A stretch of DNA of 64,000 nucleotides from a virus. The stretch is from IMG/VR virus record IMGVR_UViG_3300030060_004050, positions 1 through 64,000 of that record; one strand, written 5' to 3'. Each line of letters begins with the position of its first letter. The stretch's first letter is position 1. The position numbers and the translations under genes are program-made. The notes under the pieces are model-generated. The model was not told the DNA's origin. It saw only the letters and a list, made by a program, of their open reading frames with translations, and ran no database searches. Positions 43,902 through 56,832 of the stretch are shown here, piece after piece.

Positions 43902-44129
43902 ATGGGTGAACTGATAGAAATAGAAGGAAGAGAAGACGTAGCAAGAGATATTAACTCAAAGGCTCTTTTAAAAACCAATCTTCGTGAAAAAGAAGCATGG
44001 TTAAGAAAAAAAGAAAGAGATAATAAAATTATAAGCAACGAAAATGAAATAAATAAAGTAAAAGAGGAACTTAGTGAAATGAAAAATACACTAAATCAAA
44101 TTCTCAAAATTGTAAGGAAGAGTAACTAA
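43902..44129 (+). CDS. Small coiled-coil protein
   Basis: RDINSKALL followed by a heptad C-terminus; the usual neighbour of DUF4815 genes. Confidence 0.65.
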   Translation: MGELIEIEGREDVARDINSKALLKTNLREKEAWLRKKERDNKIISNENEINKVKEELSEMKNTLNQILKIVRKSN

Positions 44130-45538
44130 TGGGCGTTGAAGATAAAGATTACAACATACCAGAACTCGTTCTCGGAGATACGTTCTTTGAGTGGTTGAAG
44201 GTAACAAACGATTCAATTATCACCAAACTAAACAGCATTGGAACATACAATGCTACAGGTGGTGATGGTGTCAACGTCACCACTTCTTCCGCAGGATTGT
44301 CCGAGGTTTCTCTTGCAGATACCATTCCCAATGGTGTTACTTTTTCTGGTAACGTAATCTTTAATGGTGCAGTTACTACAGTAAACTCCACTGAAATTAC
44401 AGTAGACGACTTCAACCTTGTTCTGGGTGCAACTGGATCTGGTAAGTCGGACGCATACATTGGTGCAAGCGGCGGTGGTGGTATCATACTCATGAGAGCA
44501 GACGGTCCAACTGCTTCTTTCTTGTGGAGGGGAATGACAACTGGTAGTGCCAGTTTAACTTTCAATGCACTTGGTGTTGGTAGTTCGGGTGCATGGACTT
44601 GCTCTGAGTACCTAAACCTTACTGGTGGTGTAGGACTGAAATCCAACGACAGCACTCTAAGATTTAAGTCTGGTGTTAACGCAACAGGTGCGGGTATGAT
44701 GTTAAAAAGCATCGGTACTGCTGGTGGACCTCATATGGCAGGAGACGTTGTGTACTCCTCCGAGTCTATGCAACTGAGTCACATGGGAACAGGAAGTGTT
44801 TCTAATACAGGTGGTGTCTTCTTTGACGAAGACGGAATGGTTAGAATTTATAATGGCGTAAACAAGAGAAAGTTTACACATGCAAGTCACGGATTTACTT
44901 TTGGACAATCGGTAAGACTAAATGGTTTTACTTGTGCTTTAGCACATGCAAACACTGAAGCAGATGCAGAAGTGTTTGGTGTTGTCTCTGAAGTTCTAAA
45001 CAGTGATGAATTTGTTGTAACCATGCAGGGTGAAGTTCACGGAGACTTTGGTGTTGCACTTGGTAGTGCAGGTGCCACCGTTCAACCCGGAGTGGTTTAC
45101 TTCTTAGGAGGAACCGCAGGAAACAGTGGTGAAATTTCCTCCTCGGAAATTACAACCGCTGGTAAGATTAGAAAACCAATGTTGATTGGTATAGGAGCAA
45201 CTGCTGGTTATGTGTTGCAGTATGTTGGTGCAAAGATTGCTCCAGAAGTAGATACTGTTGCTCCGGTAATGAGAAGACTAACCTTAGATAAGGACGGGGT
45301 TAAACAGTCCGGATCTAGCAGCATAACTTGTGCAAAAATTGCAACTGGACAATACTCACTTACTCATGGATTTGGAAGTGCAAACTATTCAGTAAGCGTT
45401 GCAGGAAATACAACAGGAGCAGTAATCGGAACCCTCCTAGATAAACAATCAAACGGTTGCACCATTGGTGTCTTCGGACATGCTGGTTCAGCAGTTGATT
45501 GTGCGGCAGAAATTATACTAGCAAAGGATGTATCATAA
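44129..45538 (+). CDS. Tail fibre protein
   Basis: N-terminal DTF.EW...TN anchor, L.V.G..TTVNSTE..V.D motif, Gly/Thr-rich. Confidence 0.7.
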   Translation: MGVEDKDYNIPELVLGDTFFEWLKVTNDSIITKLNSIGTYNATGGDGVNVTTSSAGLSEVSLADTIPNGVTFSGNVIFNGAVTTVNSTEITVDDFNLVLGATGSGKSDAYIGASGGGGIILMRADGPTASFLWRGMTTGSASLTFNALGVGSSGAWTCSEYLNLTGGVGLKSNDSTLRFKSGVNATGAGMMLKSIGTAGGPHMAGDVVYSSESMQLSHMGTGSVSNTGGVFFDEDGMVRIYNGVNKRKFTHASHGFTFGQSVRLNGFTCALAHANTEADAEVFGVVSEVLNSDEFVVTMQGEVHGDFGVALGSAGATVQPGVVYFLGGTAGNSGEISSSEITTAGKIRKPMLIGIGATAGYVLQYVGAKIAPEVDTVAPVMRRLTLDKDGVKQSGSSSITCAKIATGQYSLTHGFGSANYSVSVAGNTTGAVIGTLLDKQSNGCTIGVFGHAGSAVDCAAEIILAKDVS

Positions 45539-45539
45539 T

Positions 45540-45872
45540 ATGGCTCAGAGTGCAAGACAAATAACTGGTGCAGGTCCAAGAAATGCTTTCATCATGCATG
45601 GTAACAGCAGCAACGCTGGTTGCACTGTTGATCAGGTTCTTGGTGTAGATATTTCTGCTGCGAGAACTGCTGCTGGTAAATATACAATTACCCACAACAT
45701 GGGTAAGACCGGATATTGTGCAGTCTTTACCGCAGATGATAATGGTGCGGATGGTATACCTCTAATCATAAGGTTGTTCGGAAGATCTGGTAACACATGT
45801 GATCTTAGAGTAGAAGACGATGCGGGTTCCCTCACTGATCCAGACTTTGTACACGGTGTCTTTTACGACTGA
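45540..45872 (+). CDS. Small fibre-associated protein
   Basis: G.Y.ITH..G..Y.V domain, also present at the C-terminus of the upstream fibre. Confidence 0.55.
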   Translation: MAQSARQITGAGPRNAFIMHGNSSNAGCTVDQVLGVDISAARTAAGKYTITHNMGKTGYCAVFTADDNGADGIPLIIRLFGRSGNTCDLRVEDDAGSLTDPDFVHGVFYD

Positions 45873-45884
45873 TTGGAGAAATAA

Positions 45885-47891
45885 ATGGCAAACTCAGCAT
45901 TCACACTTACAAGTTCAGTCGGCACAGATGGTAAATCTATGCGGGCTACTAAATTCCAAACATCACACGGATTTTCTGCTGGTAGCGTTATCCGGTATGT
46001 TCAACAAACAGATGGTGTTACTGGAAACTTTGCACTCGCACAGGCAGATGGTGGTGTAACTGCTGAGGCCGTTGGTATTGTTGAAAGCGTTGATGCAGCA
46101 GGAAACGAATTCACTGTAGTGTATGGTGGTGAAATTAACACCGCAAACTTTGCATCCGTAAACTCAACTCTAGGTGTAACTGGTTCGGATGTTTGGTTCC
46201 TAGATCCAGATGTTCTTGGTGGACTTACAGATACTGCTCCAACAAACAGCGGTGATGTTGTTAAACCAATTCTCACACTGGTAAGCGGATCTCTAGACGA
46301 TAGAGGTCTTGTAACCAACTATGTTGGTACGCAAATTGGTGGTGAGAATACTGTAAGTCTTGATTCAGTTCACCCAGTTGGTGAAATTATTGCGTTCGCA
46401 GGAAACACTTCGGATGTACCGGATGGTTGGCAACTTTGCGACGGTAGCACTCTTTCAGTTGAAGGTGACTATGCAGAGTATTTTGCAAGAGTTGGAACCA
46501 AGTATGGTTACAACATTGAACTTGAAATCGTAGATCGCGGACACACAGGTTTTATTGGCAAAACTGGTTCCCAAGAAATTTCCTCAACAGCAATTCCAAG
46601 TTTCTGTTTAGGGTTTACCGCAAGTGCAGGAACAACTGCTCAGGTGTTGTTGAACCCAGACACACTGACTGGAATCACCGGAGGCGAAACTGTTGGTGAC
46701 AACACTGGATTCCCCTCTGGTTTAGTTTATTCAAACTCTACTTTTGTTTCTCTGCAACACGACAGCGGTGGTGCCACTTACACTGTAAACAGTGCCACCG
46801 TTAAACTAGTAAAAACCCCAGACTTAAGATCTAGAACTCTTATTGGTGCAACATCGGATTACTTTGGTGTTACTGGTGACAGAAGATCCACTGGTATGGA
46901 TGGATTTACTGCTGGACAAATCGGTGGTGCGGAGGATGCAGTAACTGTTGAGATTGCTGATACTGGAAGTGGAACTCATGTCTACAGTGCCCAAGCATCT
47001 GGTGAAGCGTCACTTCGACAACCATTCATGGCAGCACACTATATTATTCGAACAAAGAACACTGCAAAGGCAGCACTTGTTGATGGTTTAAATGTTGCTC
47101 TTGCTGATGCAGGACTTACCGATCACGAAACAACAAATGTAAATGATGGTGACTTTACAGTCTACGATGGAACGGATAGTAAGTTTAAAGAACTCAAGAT
47201 TCTTGACTCTTATCCAAACGATCAAACAAACTTTGAAGCATCATTCCGAATCAACTCGTCGAACGGTTACATTTCCGTTGGACACAATGGTGGGGACTAT
47301 CCTCTTCATGTTAAGAACGCCGCTAATGCGGAAATTCGTGTTGAAGATACTACAAATAGTAGAACTTTAAGTATGAAGGCAAGAGATGGTGTAACCGAAC
47401 TTGAGGCATCTAGCGGAAGCGTTTTAGATATCATAGGAAGTGGTACGATTGGTATTAGAGATGGTGGGGACAATACTAGACTTTTCAAAGATACAGTTAC
47501 TGTAGATGGTACTCTTGGAGTTACCAATGGTATCGAAGCAAGAACCGGAAATATTTTCGCAAAAGATGGTCAAATATACTCAGAGGTTGATAACAGATCA
47601 GTGAGTTCATCCTTTACCCCTGATGCCTCGAACGGAAACATATTTAATGCAACAGTGAGTGCAACATCTTTGACGTTGAATAATATGACAAATGAAGCAG
47701 CAGGTGCAGCATACAGTATTGTTTTGAATAACTCGGGTTCTGCAAATTGCACACTAACTTTTGGTAATCAGTATAAATTTGCAAATGGAATTAAACCTAA
47801 TATAATAAGAGGAAACTCCACGTTAGTAATTTCTGTCATTTGCAATCAGTCGAACAATTTCTTATGTACATGGGCAGAGGACTTCTCATAA
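45885..47891 (+). CDS. Tail fibre with a phage tail-collar domain
   Basis: PVGEIIAFAG...PDGWQLCDG and PDLRSR...G motifs. Confidence 0.8.
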   Translation: MANSAFTLTSSVGTDGKSMRATKFQTSHGFSAGSVIRYVQQTDGVTGNFALAQADGGVTAEAVGIVESVDAAGNEFTVVYGGEINTANFASVNSTLGVTGSDVWFLDPDVLGGLTDTAPTNSGDVVKPILTLVSGSLDDRGLVTNYVGTQIGGENTVSLDSVHPVGEIIAFAGNTSDVPDGWQLCDGSTLSVEGDYAEYFARVGTKYGYNIELEIVDRGHTGFIGKTGSQEISSTAIPSFCLGFTASAGTTAQVLLNPDTLTGITGGETVGDNTGFPSGLVYSNSTFVSLQHDSGGATYTVNSATVKLVKTPDLRSRTLIGATSDYFGVTGDRRSTGMDGFTAGQIGGAEDAVTVEIADTGSGTHVYSAQASGEASLRQPFMAAHYIIRTKNTAKAALVDGLNVALADAGLTDHETTNVNDGDFTVYDGTDSKFKELKILDSYPNDQTNFEASFRINSSNGYISVGHNGGDYPLHVKNAANAEIRVEDTTNSRTLSMKARDGVTELEASSGSVLDIIGSGTIGIRDGGDNTRLFKDTVTVDGTLGVTNGIEARTGNIFAKDGQIYSEVDNRSVSSSFTPDASNGNIFNATVSATSLTLNNMTNEAAGAAYSIVLNNSGSANCTLTFGNQYKFANGIKPNIIRGNSTLVISVICNQSNNFLCTWAEDFS

Positions 47892-47892
47892 A

Positions 47893-49773
47893 ATGATCGG
47901 TGGATTAGGAACACATGTCAAGTCTCCATACGGCTGGAAATGTGAGACAACTGGTGAACCTGAAGTATACTACTGGCAGGGACCTGTTTTCTATTACAAC
48001 CCCACATATGATTATGTGAATAATTCATTTGTTCTAAACTATGCCGTTTCGATTGATGAAAACAAAAGCAACAAACTTTATAAACTAACCTTTAACCACA
48101 CCACCAGAGAGGTGAGTAGAGAATTGGTTTGGGATGGTGCTTCTACTTTTATATCGAATAATAGTAATTATAGTAAGACTTTTGGAAACCTCGAATTTAT
48201 ATCAAGAGATACCTTCTTGATTACTGAAGAGTATAGTCCAGCAGATCCTAATCATGCACTTGCAAACACCTATCGAAAAGCAATCATCTGGGCAAACAAA
48301 ATAGAGGATGATGGTACAGTTACTCCTAAAGTTTGGAGTCGAGTTGTATTTCAAGATAATGTAACGGAAAATGCCAGTGAATCTGCAAACCAGTTTGATT
48401 ATCCCGGATCGATTATGGGCGTATCCAGCATATCTCCACTGTCCAATTTGTATGATTCCTATAGCAAATATAAAAATATTGTTATCATGACTGCCCCTGG
48501 CGACTACGGAAAGCCATGGTTTGCATCTACAAACAATGATCATGCTAAAAAGTTTTTAAGACTCGATGCAGATGGTGAAGATATTACCAACAACGAATAT
48601 CTTGCAAACTCCGGAGCATGGAATGGTGTTAGAGCAGCAGGAACTCCAGGCGATTTTAAACTCATAGGAGAGATTCCGTTCCAGAACACATCAAACGAAA
48701 GTGGACATGGAATTAATGAAGGTTTTATGACAATAGCGTCAGACGACTCTGTAATTTACGGAAACGTTCAGGGTTATAAAGACAACAGTTCAGGTGAGTG
48801 TTTTGAGCAAGGAAGAGGCACAGGATACTGGTCGCAAAATCCGGGAGCAACAGGAATTTATTGGAACAGATGTGCTGGATCATATCAAGGTCCACCCGAT
48901 TTTGATAACATAACAACAGACAGACTTTATTATCATGACATCGGACTTGTTGAAGATCTTAATTCTTCACTAACAGAAATTCAATCTTCCAACGCAGGAA
49001 ACCACTCTGCTTGTAAACTAGACAGAGGACTCACATATGATTATGAAAATGGAATTAGATGGCGATTTAATATTAGTAATGACACCAAGTATGGAACAAA
49101 CGGGAACGGTGACAAGGAAGAGCAAGCAGAAACGGGTTATGGAAGATACTACGAGTACTGGAATAACAAGACATTTGCTGATGGAGCATGTACAGATTGG
49201 TTTGCTGAAACAAAATGGGGACAAGAATATGGCAGAGATGTGATCCTCATGCATGTTGCAAGAAATCAATCCGGACCAATTTTTGCTCCAGATGATGGGT
49301 GGGGAAATTCGTTTGTGACAAACCGAGAAGGCATTCTCGTAATGAAAAGAGATGAAAACAGCAACAATTTGGTTCTGTTAGATCAGGATCAATTGAACTC
49401 CGGTGACTTTACCGACATTAATGGTTATGAAAAACTTGCGTATAAGTTTGACAACACTTGGGGAACTATATACAACTCTCCTTGCTGCGAAGACTCTAGT
49501 GGAGTTTGTTTTGATCTGCCTAGTAACCCCACTTTGGTGATGACAGATTGTTCCAACAAACCTACTTTTATTTGGCCTAATCCAAACGGACCTTATGTTG
49601 GTGGGTATTATGACTGGGCAAACTGGAGTGAATCCTCTGTTCAGGAATCATATGGACTCGCAGACAACGGAGATATCCCTACTCTTCGAGGATCTCTCCA
49701 ACCATGGTTACCTCAACCCTTCTACAGTGCAAGTTCAGGCGGACTTTCCTTTAGACCTAACTGGAAGATATGA
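47893..49773 (+). CDS. Hypothetical W/Y/N-rich protein, possible receptor-binding or adhesin subunit
   Basis: 626 aa directly after the fibre genes; no family recognised. Confidence 0.5.
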   Translation: MIGGLGTHVKSPYGWKCETTGEPEVYYWQGPVFYYNPTYDYVNNSFVLNYAVSIDENKSNKLYKLTFNHTTREVSRELVWDGASTFISNNSNYSKTFGNLEFISRDTFLITEEYSPADPNHALANTYRKAIIWANKIEDDGTVTPKVWSRVVFQDNVTENASESANQFDYPGSIMGVSSISPLSNLYDSYSKYKNIVIMTAPGDYGKPWFASTNNDHAKKFLRLDADGEDITNNEYLANSGAWNGVRAAGTPGDFKLIGEIPFQNTSNESGHGINEGFMTIASDDSVIYGNVQGYKDNSSGECFEQGRGTGYWSQNPGATGIYWNRCAGSYQGPPDFDNITTDRLYYHDIGLVEDLNSSLTEIQSSNAGNHSACKLDRGLTYDYENGIRWRFNISNDTKYGTNGNGDKEEQAETGYGRYYEYWNNKTFADGACTDWFAETKWGQEYGRDVILMHVARNQSGPIFAPDDGWGNSFVTNREGILVMKRDENSNNLVLLDQDQLNSGDFTDINGYEKLAYKFDNTWGTIYNSPCCEDSSGVCFDLPSNPTLVMTDCSNKPTFIWPNPNGPYVGGYYDWANWSESSVQESYGLADNGDIPTLRGSLQPWLPQPFYSASSGGLSFRPNWKI

Positions 49774-50042
49774 ATTATTTGTACCATAAAAATGATGTCG
49801 TTGAAATAAACAATAGAAAGTTCAACGTAGAAGTTTTAAAAACCTTTGATCCAGATTTTGAAGAACCGCCTACTGGGTGGGTTCGATCATATCAACAGGG
49901 TAGAAGACATCTATTAACCAACGGAAGAAATCAAGTTGGTTGTGATTTTCCATGGAACCAAGGAGACAAATACATCAAATCTGTTCCTGAACTAATACTT
50001 GTCGAGAGACAAATCGCCTTAGATAATGAATCTAATAATTGA
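49770..50042 (+). CDS. Hypothetical protein (possible fibre assembly factor)
   Basis: 90 aa, start overlaps the upstream stop. Confidence 0.5.
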   Translation: MNYLYHKNDVVEINNRKFNVEVLKTFDPDFEEPPTGWVRSYQQGRRHLLTNGRNQVGCDFPWNQGDKYIKSVPELILVERQIALDNESNN

Positions 50043-50087
50043 TGTGAGGCATTAGTTACATACATATAAAGGAAAAGGAGCGTCAAA

Positions 50088-50831
50088 ATGGCTAAACCGT
50101 CTTCACGATCAACACTAAAAGAATACGCTTTGCGACGACTAGGTGCGCCAGTAATTGATATTAATGTAGATGATGCTCAACTGGAAGATAGAATTGATGA
50201 TGCACTTCAGTTTTTCGCAGAGTATCATTTCGATGGTGTAGAGAAAACATATCTCAAGCACGAAATTACACAAACAGACATCGATAATGAATACATCACT
50301 GTTGATGACAGCGTTATCTCCGTAACTAAACTGTTTCAGTTCAGCGAAGGAACCGTAAATCTGTTTGATGTTCGATATCAAATGGCACTAAATGACTTTT
50401 ACGGACTTAGGAACCCCAACCAGTCAATGGTTCAGTATGATATTACAAAACGACATCTCTCGTTGATTCAGGATATTCTTTCTCCTGAAAAAATGATTAG
50501 GTTTAGTAGAGTCACTAACCAACTAAAGGTGGACATGGATTGGAGCGAAGAGGTGGTTGTCGGTGACTTCTTAGTTGCTGAAGCATACGCCGTTCTTGAT
50601 CCGGACACATACCCCGAGATCTACAACGACAGACTCTTGAAGAGATACGTCACTGAACTGTTCAGAAGGCAGTGGGGTGAAAATCTTTCCAAGTTTGAAG
50701 GTATTCAACTTCCAGGCGGAGTTACCTTCAACGGCAGAGAGATTATGCAAACTGCACAAACCGAAATCGATAAGATCGAGGAGAACGTCCAACTAATGTA
50801 TGAACTCCCTCCCGACATGATGGTGGGATAA
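50088..50831 (+). CDS. gp13: Neck protein gp13
   Basis: LKEYALRRLGAPVIDINVDDAQLEDRIDDALQ and LPGGVTFNG motifs. Confidence 0.93.
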   Translation: MAKPSSRSTLKEYALRRLGAPVIDINVDDAQLEDRIDDALQFFAEYHFDGVEKTYLKHEITQTDIDNEYITVDDSVISVTKLFQFSEGTVNLFDVRYQMALNDFYGLRNPNQSMVQYDITKRHLSLIQDILSPEKMIRFSRVTNQLKVDMDWSEEVVVGDFLVAEAYAVLDPDTYPEIYNDRLLKRYVTELFRRQWGENLSKFEGIQLPGGVTFNGREIMQTAQTEIDKIEENVQLMYELPPDMMVG

Positions 50832-50834
50832 TAA

Positions 50835-51770
50835 ATGGCTACAAACAAGTTCTTTAGACATCAGGTTAAGTCAGAGCAAAATCTTGCTGAGGATCTTACA
50901 ATCGAAGCAATTCGAATGTATGGTCATGATGTCATTTACATTCCAAGAACACTTGTAAATAAAGACTTCTTGTTTGGTGAGGATACCATTTCAAAATTTG
51001 AGCAGGGTTTAAACATAGAGATGTATATTTCCAGCATCGATGGGTTTGAAGGAGAGGGTGACTTTGCATCAAAGTTTGGTATTCAGATTAGAGATACCGT
51101 AGAGTTTATCGTATCAAAGAAAGTATTTGAAAAAAATCTATCGCACGAAACAACAATAAACAGACCTAGAGAAGGAGATTTGATTTATCTTCCGTTATCT
51201 AAAGGACTGTTTGAAATTAAATTTGTAGAACATGAAAATCCATTCTACCAAATGGGTAAACTATATACGTTTAAACTTTCGTGTGAATTGTTCGACTATA
51301 GTCAAGAGGACTTCGATACAGGATTCTCCGATGTGGATAGAGTCGAAGGAGTCGCAGAAGACGTTGCGTTTAACATTTACCTAACAGGCGGTGCTACTAC
51401 TAACTACAGCGTTGGTGAACTTGTATATCAGGGATCTACTTTCGGAACAGAGGGTTCCAGTGCAGACTGGTATGCAACCGTACTTGAATGGGCAACAGCA
51501 GGAACTGCCGGACCTTCTGGTGCAGGGTACAACCTTCTCACCGTATCAGGTCCCTCTGGTGCAAGTGGATTCGTTGTTGGTGTTGGTGATACAGCAGGTG
51601 TTAGTGGATCTGTATCTAACGCATTCTATAAAGCAGGAACAACCGCAGACACAGCAATCAGAACAGTTACGATTGCAAGAGAGTTTGACGAGTCTGATGA
51701 TTTTGAACTTGAAGCAGACTCAATCTTTGACTTTACCGATAAGGATCCTTTCTCGGAGGGTAATATCTAA
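50835..51770 (+). CDS. gp14: Neck protein gp14
   Basis: EQ.L.EDL..EAI.MYG.DV.YIPR and RPREGDLIY.P...LFEI.FVEHE.PFYQ motifs. Confidence 0.93.
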   Translation: MATNKFFRHQVKSEQNLAEDLTIEAIRMYGHDVIYIPRTLVNKDFLFGEDTISKFEQGLNIEMYISSIDGFEGEGDFASKFGIQIRDTVEFIVSKKVFEKNLSHETTINRPREGDLIYLPLSKGLFEIKFVEHENPFYQMGKLYTFKLSCELFDYSQEDFDTGFSDVDRVEGVAEDVAFNIYLTGGATTNYSVGELVYQGSTFGTEGSSADWYATVLEWATAGTAGPSGAGYNLLTVSGPSGASGFVVGVGDTAGVSGSVSNAFYKAGTTADTAIRTVTIAREFDESDDFELEADSIFDFTDKDPFSEGNI

Positions 51771-52594
51771 TGTTTACTACATTTTACCACAACTCCGTTA
51801 GAAATTTGGTTGTTGCGTTCGGATCTCTGTTTAACGATATAGAGGTAGACAGAAAGAATGCAGATGGAACTACCAAAGAAAGAGTCAAGGTTCCAATCGC
51901 ATATGGTCCTAAAGAAAAGTTTCTGCGAAGAATAACAGAACCAAGTTCTATAAGTGACGACATAAAGACACAAATTACTTTACCTAGACTTGGTTTTGAA
52001 ATTACTGGCATGGATTACGATCCTACTCGTAAAAGAAACACAATGAACAGATACCATGTTACGTCTGGTGTTACTGCTGGACAAAACCTATCTTACGATT
52101 ACTCCGAAGTTCCATACAACTTTACCTTTCAGTTGTCTGCAATGGTTAGGCACATGGACGATGGTTTACAGATAACCGAGCAAATTCTTCCATACTTCAC
52201 TCCAGAGTTTAACGTATCTTTGAACTTCAACTCTCTACACACCAAAGTAGACGTTCCAATTATTCTACAATCCTCTACGATTGTGGAAGACTATGAGGGA
52301 GATTTCGATTCGAGACGATCAATTCAGTTTGACTTTACGTTCTTGGCAAAATCATATGTGTATGGACCTGTAAAGACATCGAAGATCATCAGAGAGGTGG
52401 ATATCAAATTCTTGGACACAGAGGACTTCACAACTACAGGTGGCGTCTCTGGTGCAACTGCTGCGTTGTCTAGAGTCATAACCACAGTAACTGGTCCATC
52501 TGGTTCGTCCTCTGGTATAAATAATTACTCATCCGAAAACACCACGTTTGTACAGGGTGCATCAATGGATGTTGCTGGTGTAACATATGCATAA
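51770..52594 (+). CDS. gp15: Tail sheath stabiliser / terminator gp15
   Basis: FYH..R..V.AFG.LFN.I, VP.AYGPKEKF, LPR.GFE and EQILPYF.P motifs. Confidence 0.93.
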   Translation: MFTTFYHNSVRNLVVAFGSLFNDIEVDRKNADGTTKERVKVPIAYGPKEKFLRRITEPSSISDDIKTQITLPRLGFEITGMDYDPTRKRNTMNRYHVTSGVTAGQNLSYDYSEVPYNFTFQLSAMVRHMDDGLQITEQILPYFTPEFNVSLNFNSLHTKVDVPIILQSSTIVEDYEGDFDSRRSIQFDFTFLAKSYVYGPVKTSKIIREVDIKFLDTEDFTTTGGVSGATAALSRVITTVTGPSGSSSGINNYSSENTTFVQGASMDVAGVTYA

Positions 52595-52606
52595 TTGAGG
52601 TGATAT

Positions 52607-54713
<2,107 letters not shown>

Positions 54714-54793
54714 ATGAAATACTCGATTAGTATACATAAATCAGAACATAATAATTCCTACTATGAATTAAGTAAGACTCAAGGAGAATTCAC

Positions 54794-56797
54794 ATGGCAT
54801 TTAGAGTAAGTCCCGGCGTATCCGTAACAGAGAAGGATTTCACTAATGTAATCCCTGCTGTTTCGACAACCAGAGGCGCCGCTGTAATTAACTCGGATTT
54901 TGGACCAGAAGAACAAAGAGTTCTCGTAGCAAACGAACCTGAACTTGTATCTCTCTTCGGAAAACCAAACGTAAACAACTATAGAAACTGGCTAAACGTT
55001 GCAAACTACCTCAGTTATGGTGGTTCGTGTCTCGTAGCAAGAGCAACCACTACCGACTCGATGAACTCCGGATTCGGTGGATCTGGTAAGCACATTAAGA
55101 ACGATGATGAATACAACACCGGATTTAGTGCAGGTGGTGCTGTATATGGGACTGGAGTTGCTGCCGGTAGTGTATTCTATGGTAAGTTCCCCGGTGATCT
55201 TGGTAACTCGCTAAGAGTTGCGGTTGTTGCTGGAGTTGCATCACAAGCAGGTGGTGGAACCGCACCAAACGGTATCAGAGCAAACTCTGCAACTGTTGCT
55301 GGTAGACACATGGGACTTTCTGGTTCCGCAGTCGCAACTGAAATTCTTGCAAGGACTGGTGGTACTGGTGGACAGACTGCTGCCATTGTAGGCGACACTC
55401 TTAAGATTGGAAACATCACCACTAAATTCACCGTCACTGGTGTTACTCACGGTTCTGCTGGTAGTACAATCTCGTTTACACCTGCACTCAGTGACGCTAC
55501 TGTTGCACTTGGAACCACTGCTGAGTGGGAATTCAAGTATGCTAATTTCGTTGAGCGTCCTTACACCACATCTAGCCTAGAATTTGTAGGTGGTACTGGT
55601 GATCAATTTACCGTTCTAGTCGTCGATGAAGATGGTAAGTTTAACGGAACCAAGGATGAAGTTCTTGAAGTGTTCAACGGAGTTTCTCTCGCTAACGATG
55701 CTAAGGATGGAGATGGAAACTCTAACTTCTATGTTGACATCATCAACAAGAACTCCAAGTACATCAAAGCAGGAAACCAACTTCTAGGTGTAACTGGTGG
55801 ATCTGGTGCAAACACAACCGTAGATAACGGTGCTGGTGGTGGAACTACCTTCGGTAACGTCATCCGACGATATGACTCTGGAGTTTCTGGTGCTTATGGT
55901 GCCACCTCCAGCGATACTCAACTTCTCACCGCATACAACTTGTACTCTGATCCAGACACAGTAGATGTTTCACTGATCCTTAGTGGTGCTGCAAGTGCAT
56001 CCCTCGCAGGAAGCATCGTCGATATTGCTGATGCAAGAAAAGACTGCGTTGCATTCATCTCTCCAGAAGAGGACGACTGTGTTGATGTCGATAACCTAAG
56101 CACTGGTGTTTCTAACGTCAAGGACTTTAGAAATACACAATTCAACAAGTCTAGTTCCTACGCATTCATGGATAGTGGTTGGAAGTATCAGTATGATCGA
56201 CACAACGACACTCTTCGTTGGGTTCCACTAAACGGTGACATGGCAGGACTCTGTGCTAGAACAGATAATGTCAACGATCCTTGGTTCTCTCCTGCTGGTT
56301 TCAACCGTGGACAGGTTCGTGGTGTAGTTAAACTTGCCATTAACCCAACACCAGAAGCACAGAGAGATGATCTCTACATCGATCAAATTAACCCTGTCGT
56401 TTCTTTCCCCGGAGAGGGAACAATCCTCTTCGGTGACAAGACTCTTCAGTCCAAGGGAAGTGCGTTTGATAGAATCAATGTTCGAAGACTCTTCATCGTC
56501 ATGGAGAAAGCAATCTCCACTGCTGCGAAGTTCCAACTCTTTGAACAGAACGATGCATTTACTCGATCACAGTTCAAGAACCTCATTGAGCCATTCTTGA
56601 GAGATATTCAGGGACGAAGAGGTATTACCGACTTTAAGGTTGTTTGTGACGACACCAACAACACATCTGAAGTCGTCGATGGTAATAGATTCGTTGCAGA
56701 CATCTTCGTCAAACCAACTCGTTCGATCAACTTCATCCAACTTAACTTCGTTGCTGCTCGATCTGGAGTAGATTTCAACGAAATCGCAGGTACTTGA
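54794..56797 (+). CDS. gp18: Tail sheath gp18
   Basis: SPGVSVTEKD, PWFSPAG.NRG and FDRINVRRLF motifs. Confidence 0.97.
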   Translation: MAFRVSPGVSVTEKDFTNVIPAVSTTRGAAVINSDFGPEEQRVLVANEPELVSLFGKPNVNNYRNWLNVANYLSYGGSCLVARATTTDSMNSGFGGSGKHIKNDDEYNTGFSAGGAVYGTGVAAGSVFYGKFPGDLGNSLRVAVVAGVASQAGGGTAPNGIRANSATVAGRHMGLSGSAVATEILARTGGTGGQTAAIVGDTLKIGNITTKFTVTGVTHGSAGSTISFTPALSDATVALGTTAEWEFKYANFVERPYTTSSLEFVGGTGDQFTVLVVDEDGKFNGTKDEVLEVFNGVSLANDAKDGDGNSNFYVDIINKNSKYIKAGNQLLGVTGGSGANTTVDNGAGGGTTFGNVIRRYDSGVSGAYGATSSDTQLLTAYNLYSDPDTVDVSLILSGAASASLAGSIVDIADARKDCVAFISPEEDDCVDVDNLSTGVSNVKDFRNTQFNKSSSYAFMDSGWKYQYDRHNDTLRWVPLNGDMAGLCARTDNVNDPWFSPAGFNRGQVRGVVKLAINPTPEAQRDDLYIDQINPVVSFPGEGTILFGDKTLQSKGSAFDRINVRRLFIVMEKAISTAAKFQLFEQNDAFTRSQFKNLIEPFLRDIQGRRGITDFKVVCDDTNNTSEVVDGNRFVADIFVKPTRSINFIQLNFVAARSGVDFNEIAGT

Positions 56798-56832
56798 TCA
56801 AAGTAGGCATACATATAGAGAAGGAAACTTAA

